From the IMG/VR virus record IMGVR_UViG_3300031707_000008, positions 10,568 to 74,567 of that record: a stretch of DNA of 64,000 bases; one strand, 5' to 3'. Below the pieces are notes generated by a model. The model saw only the letters and a list, made by a program, of their open reading frames with translations. It was not told where the DNA came from and did no database searches. Shown one piece after another: positions 56,525-64,000 of the stretch. Source of the stretch: a virus. A program made the translations under genes and the position numbers. The first letter of the stretch is position 1. Each line of letters starts with the position of its first letter.

Positions 56525-57553
56525 ATGGGGAAACCTGACATCAAAGCCTTAATCGCCACCATGCGGAAGGATTACAAGGACGTGGCAGTTTCTACCTTTG
56601 AAGAAGCAAACTCTGTACCATATTGGGTGAGTACACAGACTCCCTCGATTGACAAAGCAATTGGGCATGTTGGAATTCCCGGTGGAATGATTACAGCCAT
56701 CACGGGAAGAGAGTCACATGGGAAATCTGCGTTAGCAGCACACATTCTAGCAGAAGTTCAACGTATGGGGGGAATTGCTGTAATTTTCGATTCTGAAGGT
56801 GCGTACGACAAAAAGTTTGTGGGGAAGATTGGCGTGAACGTTTCGGAACTCATTTACTTTCCTGTCGTTACGGTAGAGAAGACGTTTGACGTTATTGATG
56901 GACTTATCAAACGTATTCGTGCAACTGATGAGAGTATTCCTGTAGTGATTGCATGGGACTCAGTTTCGGCTACGCCAACCGACCCCGAAGTGAATGCTAG
57001 TGCGGAAGATTATCATATTGGAATTCATGCACGTAGAATCTCACAAGGTTTGCGTAAGTTGCAAGGAAATTTATTGTCACAGAAAATTGCTTTAGTGTTG
57101 GTGAATCAACTAAAGGAAAAAATCGACTTGGCTTTTGGTTCTGGGACGACGTTTATGGGTGAACATCCTATCAGTTTTCACGCACAGTTGATTCTTGAGG
57201 TAAGACGCATGCAAATTATACGTCGCGACCAAGACAAAGAACCTTTGGGGATTCAATGTGTTGCTACTGTGCAAAAGAATCGTTTAGCTCCTCCTTTCCA
57301 GAAAGCGCAGTTCCGGATTTTGTTTGATAGGGGCATAGATAAAGTTGACTCTTTGATTTGTGCCGCGGAGGAATTTGGTTTAGCAATTGCGTTGGGTGGG
57401 GGTTGGTATTCATTTCAAAACGAGAAGTTCTCGCGAAAGATGACGACGTCAGAGGCGATTTTTGTAAAGTTGTTGGAAGTCGTAAATGCGCGAATCGTTT
57501 CTGGCCCGCCTTTTACGAATGACACACCACCGGTTGTTGTAGAGAAAGCATAA
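56525..57553 (+). CDS. recA: RecA/UvsX recombinase
   Basis: GIPGG, GRESHGKS, FDSE, WDSV, ARRISQGLRKL, VNQL, KNRLAPPF. Confidence 0.95.
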   Translation: MGKPDIKALIATMRKDYKDVAVSTFEEANSVPYWVSTQTPSIDKAIGHVGIPGGMITAITGRESHGKSALAAHILAEVQRMGGIAVIFDSEGAYDKKFVGKIGVNVSELIYFPVVTVEKTFDVIDGLIKRIRATDESIPVVIAWDSVSATPTDPEVNASAEDYHIGIHARRISQGLRKLQGNLLSQKIALVLVNQLKEKIDLAFGSGTTFMGEHPISFHAQLILEVRRMQIIRRDQDKEPLGIQCVATVQKNRLAPPFQKAQFRILFDRGIDKVDSLICAAEEFGLAIALGGGWYSFQNEKFSRKMTTSEAIFVKLLEVVNARIVSGPPFTNDTPPVVVEKA

Positions 57554-57557
57554 GAAA

Positions 57558-58394
57558 ATGGAAACACCAAAAGATCTTGCGAAAAAATTGTCTACGCATG
57601 TTTCGCATGTGTCGCCTGTAGGCAGGAAGGAAAAAGGTCGCAGTTTCGAAGACGTGGTTTGCAAGGAATTGAAAGAAGTATTTCCTGAATTCACATTCTC
57701 CCCAACACCGTATTCCGGCGTGTTTAAGGATTTGCAAGGGGACGTTTACTCGGATCCACATTGGTGGCCGATTACGATTGAATGTAAAAAGATTGAGGGT
57801 TGGAACTTGTTAAATCTCTTCAAGAATCCCAACACTGGATTTTTCGCGAATTGTTTCCGTGAGGCGGTACGCGAATGCGTATCAATGACGATTCCTTGGT
57901 TGGTGTTTTCTCGTAACTGGGACAAGGCGTACGCTTGCGTTCCTGCGTCTTGTGTCGAAAGTGCTTGGGGGGAAAACCCTAAATTTTCTGCTGAAGTGTT
58001 GTTCCGTGTGTCACCATCGGGGGATCCTGAACAACAAGTTTCACTAAAAATTGTGTTACTCTCTGAAGTTTTGGAGTTTTTGCGACGGATACACGATAGA
58101 GTTTTTAATCTTGATGAACCCACCACGAAGTTGTTCTTTCGCGAAGTTGTTCAAAAAGGTGAAACTTATACGAGTAATAGGTGTTTATCGGGAAAGTTGT
58201 CGATGTCGCAGGCAATTGGCCTGAATTGGTTTTTTCATTATGAAGAACTCTCTTCGAAGGTTGTTTTTGACAAACGCACTTTTGAGACACGTGTAGTAGT
58301 CGAGGGAAAACGTAGTTCTGAAAGAGCAGCATATTTTTTGATGTTAAGTTCTTCAACAAATGTCTCCTCCCCGATACGGCGGCCGCGGAGTTAG
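57558..58394 (+). CDS. PD-(D/E)xK Holliday junction resolvase-like with C-terminal extension
   Basis: KGRSFE, TPYSG, GDV, IECKK. Confidence 0.78.
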   Translation: METPKDLAKKLSTHVSHVSPVGRKEKGRSFEDVVCKELKEVFPEFTFSPTPYSGVFKDLQGDVYSDPHWWPITIECKKIEGWNLLNLFKNPNTGFFANCFREAVRECVSMTIPWLVFSRNWDKAYACVPASCVESAWGENPKFSAEVLFRVSPSGDPEQQVSLKIVLLSEVLEFLRRIHDRVFNLDEPTTKLFFREVVQKGETYTSNRCLSGKLSMSQAIGLNWFFHYEELSSKVVFDKRTFETRVVVEGKRSSERAAYFLMLSSSTNVSSPIRRPRS

Positions 58395-58409
58395 GGTGTT
58401 GGGCGTATC

Positions 58410-58421
58410 TCCGTATAATTT
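58410..58421 (+). promoter_or_regulatory. Candidate -10-like promoter element TCCGTATAATTT upstream of terS
   Basis: Identical to 27548-27559; 5 nt before ATG 58427, no SD. Confidence 0.45.
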
Positions 58422-58426
58422 ATTCA

Positions 58427-59008
58427 ATGGAAGCAAATTCTGAGAAAATCGTTCGTCACGTGCGGGAAGCCTTGACGGACGAATATGTTGTGGAAGAAGA
58501 GATTCAACCTAGTGTTTTGGAAGCGACGCTTGAGAGCAAGAAGCTTTCGAGAGAGATTGGTTTGTTGGCGATTTCGTTAGGTGTTGAACCGGAACAAGTT
58601 GCGGAGACTTTAGGTTTGTCCATACACACGATAAAGGGTTGGATAAATGACACTCAGTACGATCCAATCCCTGTTGTTGCTGCACGCATTAGTGAGAAGG
58701 TTGCACTTGTGTATTCCGCGTGGGGATTGATGAGTGTTGGCATGATGGTTTTGGCGAAACGCATGCCTGAAGCGGATATAAAAGAAGCTATTCTTGCGAT
58801 GGAATTTTTAGCTAAACGCATTGAAATATGGGGTGAAAAAGCAAGCGCCGCGGGGTCGCATAAGGGAGATGTTGTTCGAATAACAGAAACCCTGCAGAAG
58901 ATTTTTGAGTATGAACGAAGAACTCAACAGGTTGAAGCTTCCACAGGAGAAGTTGTTGTCTGTGTCGGATCTCCTGAGAGTGTTGGAAGCTCCAGCGACG
59001 CCAACTAA
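58427..59008 (+). CDS. Putative terminase small subunit
   Basis: HTH EQVAETLGLSIHTIKGW; directly upstream of terL. Confidence 0.65.
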   Translation: MEANSEKIVRHVREALTDEYVVEEEIQPSVLEATLESKKLSREIGLLAISLGVEPEQVAETLGLSIHTIKGWINDTQYDPIPVVAARISEKVALVYSAWGLMSVGMMVLAKRMPEADIKEAILAMEFLAKRIEIWGEKASAAGSHKGDVVRITETLQKIFEYERRTQQVEASTGEVVVCVGSPESVGSSSDAN

Positions 59009-60443
59009 TGTCGTTAATGATGCTGTAAAGGCGTATCAACGTGATTTGTGTCGTAGAAACTTTAGGTATTTGTGCGAACAAATTCTTGATACGGAAATCT
59101 TTACGTTTCAACTTCCTTGGTTGAAGATGCATGTTAACACTCCTCGCTCAATAGAAGTTGCCTTTCGTGGTTCGCGTAAATCGCAAGTGTTAACGATTTG
59201 TTACACTGTATATAAGATTATTCGCGACAACGATACGCGTTGTTTACTATGGTCTCAAGTTTCATCTTTGGCGTCGCATTTTGCTACGCAAGTAAAGACG
59301 ATTTTTGAAGAAAATCGCAAGTTTAGAGATTTATTTGGTGACTGGGTAGGTTATCCTTGGAACAACAACGAATTCACGGTAAGGACGCGTTTGAATAAAC
59401 GCTTACGAGAACCAACTGTTATGACTGCAGGTGTAGGAACGTCCCTGACGGGGAATCACTTTGATGTTATTACTGCGGATGATGCTGAGGATGAAAAGTC
59501 TGTCAAGTCCCCCGCACGTCGAACAGCTACGTCCGATTTTTTCTGGACGACGGTGTATCCCGCACGCGTATTGGGGAGGCATCCTCCTACAGAGTTTCAC
59601 AATGTTGGAGTTTTTTTGCATCCTAGAGCCTTTCTAGAGACGTTGATGAAGAATCCTGAGTATGCGGGGAACATCTCGGTTATTCCTGCAATGGATCCAA
59701 CTGAAACGAAGTCTGTTGCTGAGGAATTTGTCTCCACGGAAGAGTTGTTAAAAACGCGTGAGGGTATGCCAGAACGACCTTGGAAAACGCAGTTTATGTG
59801 TTCACATAATTATAACGATCGTACGTATCCCGAGCATTTTTTTATTGGCACTGGCTTTTCTGAGATCCCACAGTTGGACCGTGTTGCTGTAGGTGTTGAC
59901 TGGGCGGCGGCAATGTCGAGTGATGCTGCACATTTTTCGGTAACGACTGCTGGAATTCGTCGTTTAGACAACAAGAAGATTTTTGTGTTGGACTCTGTGA
60001 AGACGAAATGCTCCTTGCGGGAGAAGTTTGATATTATTGCTACGCAGATTGATCAATGGAAACCGCAAGTTGTAGTTATGGAAGGAAATGCTGTTCAATC
60101 CTTGATGAAAGAAGCTTTCGCGTTGTATTTGGAGTTGTTGGGTTTACTTGGTATTTCGAATGGTATGTTGGATGAGAAAAAGATAAAGTTAATCTATACT
60201 CAACAAGATAAGGTGACGCGCGCGGAGAATTTGCAACCCAAGTTTCGTGCTGGTGGATTCAAGTTTCGCAGTGGTTTTTGTGATGAGTTGATTGCCGACT
60301 TGATGGAGATGCCTTACGAAGGGTTTGATTCTTTTGATTCTTGGGAGTTTGCTGTGAGAGAGTTAGATCCTTCACACATCGGAGGATTCAAATTGGAACG
60401 TTGGGCACGCAATAAGGACGTGCACGAAAGGGGAAAGACGTGA
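58905..60443 (+). CDS. terL: Terminase large subunit
   Basis: FRGSRKS, LTGNHFDVITADD, VGVDWA, VMEGN, DSFDS. Confidence 0.9.
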   Translation: MSMNEELNRLKLPQEKLLSVSDLLRVLEAPATPTNVVNDAVKAYQRDLCRRNFRYLCEQILDTEIFTFQLPWLKMHVNTPRSIEVAFRGSRKSQVLTICYTVYKIIRDNDTRCLLWSQVSSLASHFATQVKTIFEENRKFRDLFGDWVGYPWNNNEFTVRTRLNKRLREPTVMTAGVGTSLTGNHFDVITADDAEDEKSVKSPARRTATSDFFWTTVYPARVLGRHPPTEFHNVGVFLHPRAFLETLMKNPEYAGNISVIPAMDPTETKSVAEEFVSTEELLKTREGMPERPWKTQFMCSHNYNDRTYPEHFFIGTGFSEIPQLDRVAVGVDWAAAMSSDAAHFSVTTAGIRRLDNKKIFVLDSVKTKCSLREKFDIIATQIDQWKPQVVVMEGNAVQSLMKEAFALYLELLGLLGISNGMLDEKKIKLIYTQQDKVTRAENLQPKFRAGGFKFRSGFCDELIADLMEMPYEGFDSFDSWEFAVRELDPSHIGGFKLERWARNKDVHERGKT

Positions 60444-63058
60444 CGCGGGAAGATGAAAAAGACCCCTCGGGTTTTTTCATGGGTGCAGACGAAAGAGAAA
60501 AGAAAGAACGCACTCGGCGTTTTCGTCAGAAAGATACGTGGCGGAAACAACAAGGTGTTTTTATAAAGAGAGATTCGGCGGTGTCTCCAAAGGGTGTTTC
60601 TTCTATTGCCACAACCCAAAACGTCCTGCCCTTTTTCGCCAATACGTTTCGCGGAAAGTTAACGACTAGTGTTTTAAGAGAAATCTATCGACAGCAATCT
60701 ACCGTGCGATATTGTGTTGATCGCGTTTGTCGGGAGATTACTTCGCTTCCTTGGTCTGCGGAGGTTCGTAGTGACGCAAGTGTTACAAGTTTCTTTCAAA
60801 GTGTGAACACAAATGGCGAATCACTTCTTGATGTTTTTAATGACGCACTTGTAGATCTATTGGTGATAGATAAGTTTGCCATTGAAGTTGTTCGCGCTGC
60901 GGGGAGCAACAAGATTGTAGAATTGTACGCACGCGATGCTGCGACGATTTATGAAGTTACGGACGTTTCCGGTGTGGTTCTTCGTTATGAGCAACGTCTT
61001 CCGTATACGGATAAGGTAATTCCCTTCAACACGAATGAGATGTTGTTTTTCTCGCGCTTTCGTACGACGTACGCGAGAGAAATGCCTCTTATCGATAGCA
61101 TTGTAAATGAAGTTGCTGCAATGTTATTTTCGATCATGCATTTAGCGAAGTCCTTTAGTGACGATGAGATCCCTGGAGGAATTCTTGCCATTGAACGTAT
61201 TTCCGAGGAAGACTATCAACGTGCTAAAGATGACTTTACCGAAGGTGGAGATTTGGGTTTACAGGTTCTCGCGAATGCTGCAGGCGTCAATTGGCTTGAG
61301 TTTAAACGCAACAACCGTGATGTTCAAATGGACGAGTTGCGCCAATCAATTGATCGTATCATCTATCGTACTTTCTGCGTTATTCCTACAACTGCTTGGG
61401 GAACACAAAAGACTTCCGGAAGCGATGTTACAAGTTACTATATCAACTACCGCGAGATGATATTTCCTCTTGTGAGATTGCTTCAAAGCAAGTTCCGGTG
61501 GGTAATGCAAGAAATGTTCCCGAAGACGAAGTTTGCGTTTATGTTTACCGTTATAGATCCCGCACGTGCTGAGAAGTTACTTGATCGCGCTGTTATCGAT
61601 CGTAATGACGTACGTGCGTCTTTGAATTTACCTGAAGTTGAAAAGGGTAACATTTTGACAGTGCGCCTCTCTGGTGGGGAAGACATTATGTCTTTCGATC
61701 ACGCGCTTGCACGTGGTGAGACTTCTGTCTCGCAAGGCAAACGTCCTTCTACAGAACCTCGTTCGTTAGCGATTGTTGATTCTCCAATTGATGAAACGTC
61801 TAAGAAGCATACACAGAACTTAAGTGATCGTCAACTTACTTTCTTGCGGGAGTTGCAAAGTATTCGTAATGATTTGCGTCGCACGCTCACGCGACACGCG
61901 TTGAATGCTGAAGCCACACTCTCTCGAGGGACAAATGTGAATGAAGTTATCGATCTTGCTGTAACGAAAATGGCAAAGGCTTTGAAGATTTCCTTGCACG
62001 CCGCGGCTGACGTTGGACTGGATAGGGTAACGAAGCTCCTCGATTGTCCCCCAAACACCATCAACAGTACTGTTGATGGTACGCATGTCGAGGAGCTTCT
62101 CCAACGTCTTCTTCTTCATGCGGGGGTTGATTTATTGGGGGAAGTGAGAAGGGCTCTCCTTCTTTCTCCCCACAGTGCTACCCCAGGAGAAGGAATGGAC
62201 CGCTTGCTCAAGAAGATTGATTCGATTGTAGGCATCACAAGAGCTGCTGCACATGTTCCATTGGTGCTAGCTTCGAAGAAAGAACCTCTTCATTGGATTT
62301 GTGCCGCACCAGAGGATTGTGAGACTTGTTTGACGTTCCAAAAAGGTGGACCTTACGCATGGAACAAGTTACCGGCACTTCCTGGTGATGGAACAACTCT
62401 TTGTGGTGGAGAGTGTACGTGTTTTCTTGCAAGAGATGAAGAGATGTACGAAAACACGCCAGTTAAAAGTTCATACCTCGCGAATTGGGAAACACCCCCG
62501 GAAGTTCCTCTTGTGGATCAAAGTAGTGTGTTTAAAATTCTGTTCGGGGTTAATTACGTGAACTCAGGTGGGTACACTTGGAGTGAGGTTTCTCCATTGT
62601 GGAAGACTTTTCAACGTTTTACACAAATTCATGCAACTTCTGTGAAGGCGGTGGATATAAGTAATTCGCCTCAAACGGAGTTGATTTACTCGTATGAACA
62701 CAATGAAGGAAAGTTAACGATATTTCTATCGTCTATTAATCGTTTGACGCCTACCCACTTGCATGGACGCAATTTGGCTTTGGCGATTGGGCATGCACTC
62801 GTTTACGCGTGCGGGGATAAAGAAGTTGACTACGTTCTTTTCGGGGAATTGACAAAAGATTTGTCTCCTAATGATTTACCAAGCACTATTAACGAGTTAA
62901 TGTTGGGGGGGGCAGATCGGCGCGCACTATTCTCTGAATACTGCGCGTGGTACTTGTATGAAGGTCGTGGCTTGAAAACGTCTTTCTCGAAGTTGTCTGC
63001 GTTGTACGATTGGTTGCGTGCAACAATATTTGAGGGGAAGGAGTTTCCTGCGCGATGA
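60440..63058 (+). CDS. Portal protein fused to MuF-like Cys domain and degenerate zincin-like domain
   Basis: N-half: VRYCVD.V..I.SLPW, DLLVID, DAATI, PGGIL; then CETC..LPGDG.TLC..CTC; tail LAIGHAL...LFSEY. Confidence 0.8.
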   Translation: MTREDEKDPSGFFMGADEREKKERTRRFRQKDTWRKQQGVFIKRDSAVSPKGVSSIATTQNVLPFFANTFRGKLTTSVLREIYRQQSTVRYCVDRVCREITSLPWSAEVRSDASVTSFFQSVNTNGESLLDVFNDALVDLLVIDKFAIEVVRAAGSNKIVELYARDAATIYEVTDVSGVVLRYEQRLPYTDKVIPFNTNEMLFFSRFRTTYAREMPLIDSIVNEVAAMLFSIMHLAKSFSDDEIPGGILAIERISEEDYQRAKDDFTEGGDLGLQVLANAAGVNWLEFKRNNRDVQMDELRQSIDRIIYRTFCVIPTTAWGTQKTSGSDVTSYYINYREMIFPLVRLLQSKFRWVMQEMFPKTKFAFMFTVIDPARAEKLLDRAVIDRNDVRASLNLPEVEKGNILTVRLSGGEDIMSFDHALARGETSVSQGKRPSTEPRSLAIVDSPIDETSKKHTQNLSDRQLTFLRELQSIRNDLRRTLTRHALNAEATLSRGTNVNEVIDLAVTKMAKALKISLHAAADVGLDRVTKLLDCPPNTINSTVDGTHVEELLQRLLLHAGVDLLGEVRRALLLSPHSATPGEGMDRLLKKIDSIVGITRAAAHVPLVLASKKEPLHWICAAPEDCETCLTFQKGGPYAWNKLPALPGDGTTLCGGECTCFLARDEEMYENTPVKSSYLANWETPPEVPLVDQSSVFKILFGVNYVNSGGYTWSEVSPLWKTFQRFTQIHATSVKAVDISNSPQTELIYSYEHNEGKLTIFLSSINRLTPTHLHGRNLALAIGHALVYACGDKEVDYVLFGELTKDLSPNDLPSTINELMLGGADRRALFSEYCAWYLYEGRGLKTSFSKLSALYDWLRATIFEGKEFPAR

Positions 63059-63381
63059 CGCAATTGCGTGTAAAGGTGTTTAATCATGAAGGTACTCACC
63101 GAGGAAATGTAACGTATTCTGAAAAGAAATACGTTCTCGAAACCACGCGAAGTAGTGATAAAACTTTTGGTGAAGTTGTAGGGAAAATCCTAAAAATGGA
63201 CTTGTTTGTTTGTACTGGTTGTGAAGGGAAGCGATTCTTCACACGTTTGACGCCTCCAAGTGAGATTCACTTGTTGGCATTCGCGTTTTTATTGAAGTCT
63301 TTAACGCGAGGAAAATATTGGGCTTTAAGTGAGTCTGTCGCAAGAGTTTCTTCACCTAGGAGGGAAGATCATGCCTCGTAG
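63055..63381 (+). CDS. Hypothetical protein
   Basis: ATGA-coupled to portal. Confidence 0.55.
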   Translation: MTQLRVKVFNHEGTHRGNVTYSEKKYVLETTRSSDKTFGEVVGKILKMDLFVCTGCEGKRFFTRLTPPSEIHLLAFAFLLKSLTRGKYWALSESVARVSSPRREDHAS

Positions 63382-63694
63382 ACCGATTGTGAGAGATGAT
63401 AATGGAACACCCATTCAAAATGCGTTTGGTTATGATACGCGAGAAGTTCTTACTATTGCGGTATCAGGAACGGCTACTTACGCGTCTTTTTCGCAAGAAG
63501 TTGATAAAATTGTCTTGTGCAACGTAAGCGACACGGTAGGTGTATACGTTTTGCCGGGGGCACAAACTGTTACAACAACTACGGGTTTTTACTTGCCTCC
63601 AAAGGCACTTCTGCCTCTTCCGTTAATGTGCAAAGACGTTGCAGCAATTACGGCAGCCGGAACGTCAACTTTAAAGGTGTTGGGTTTGCTTTGA
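63371..63694 (+). CDS. Small beta-rich protein, possibly virion-associated
   Basis: RDDNGTPIQ; VYV...TTTGFYLP. Confidence 0.5.
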   Translation: MPRRPIVRDDNGTPIQNAFGYDTREVLTIAVSGTATYASFSQEVDKIVLCNVSDTVGVYVLPGAQTVTTTTGFYLPPKALLPLPLMCKDVAAITAAGTSTLKVLGLL

Positions 63695-63702
63695 GGTGAG
63701 AC

Positions 63703-64000
63703 ATGTACACAAAATTTTATAGTTCGCCATTAGCAGATGGTGACGTTTTTCTCGACATAGATGACGCACTCGGTTATGTTGTTTCGGCTGCTGGAGAGAC
63801 AGCGCAAACGGGAGGGATAGAACCTGGAGCGTATCTTTGGGAAGGGCGATTATTTTTCTCTTTTGATACACTTCCGGTAACCGCCACTCCAACGGCTGCT
63901 ACACTTAGTTTCGTTGTAGCGCAAACGGTAGGGTTGGTTCCTCGTTTGCTTACGATTTCCGAAAAACACGACATGATTGGTGATACACTAACAAGTGCGG
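63703..64000 (+). CDS. Partial ORF, possible DNRLRE-like surface domain
   Basis: GAGGTG SD; MYTKFYS..DG...GRLFFSFDT...AATL; open to window end. Confidence 0.45.
   Translation, partial: MYTKFYSSPLADGDVFLDIDDALGYVVSAAGETAQTGGIEPGAYLWEGRLFFSFDTLPVTATPTAATLSFVVAQTVGLVPRLLTISEKHDMIGDTLTSA

Noticed and set aside
1-64000. Minus-strand ORFs in the track
   Set aside because: Essentially all are shadows of well-supported + strand genes or elements, with no recognisable motifs
1-64000. CRISPR array, reverse transcriptase/DGR, integrase, transposase, intron or intein
   Set aside because: No periodic repeats or diagnostic motifs seen; polymerase, terL, helicases and recA are uninterrupted and of normal length
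1-64000. Stop-codon reassignment
   Set aside because: Core genes are intact under code 11 and TAA, TAG and TGA all end genes at sensible boundaries

Overview
The window is most of a tailed dsDNA phage genome, predicted siphovirus, with every credible gene on the + strand. It appears circularly permuted: terS, terL and portal lie at the right end (58.4-63 kb), while protease, capsid and tail genes start near the left end (8.4-26 kb). Modules in order: (i) methyltransferase / GT2 / NDP-sugar epimerase block and small accessory genes (0-6.7 kb); (ii) head-neck-tail genes, including a degenerate DNA-ligase-fold protein, a 3xGT2+TPR glycosyltransferase inside the neck operon and a -1 frameshifted tail chaperone; (iii) lysis genes; (iv) a dispersed 7-deazaguanine pathway (queD, folE, gat-queC, queE, TGT/DpdA-like) predicting archaeosine-type (dG+) DNA; (v) replication and recombination genes (UvsW-like helicase, SbcCD, DnaB, primase, UDG-PolA, UvsY-like, gp32-like SSB, RecA, resolvase), plus a sigma factor and ClpP. 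Lipoproteins and a T9SS-CTD-like protein suggest a diderm FCB-group host (inference). The main unexplained signal is non-coding. Two intergenic elements 48.6 kb apart share a 13-bp closing stem with G-C to G-U compatible changes and a 24/25-nt tail ending in the Shine-Dalgarno (SD). Each is associated with a duplication of an RBS+ATG. Many other intergenic gaps are also clamped by stems running from stop codon to SD. All protein calls are by-eye motif recognition; no searches were run.
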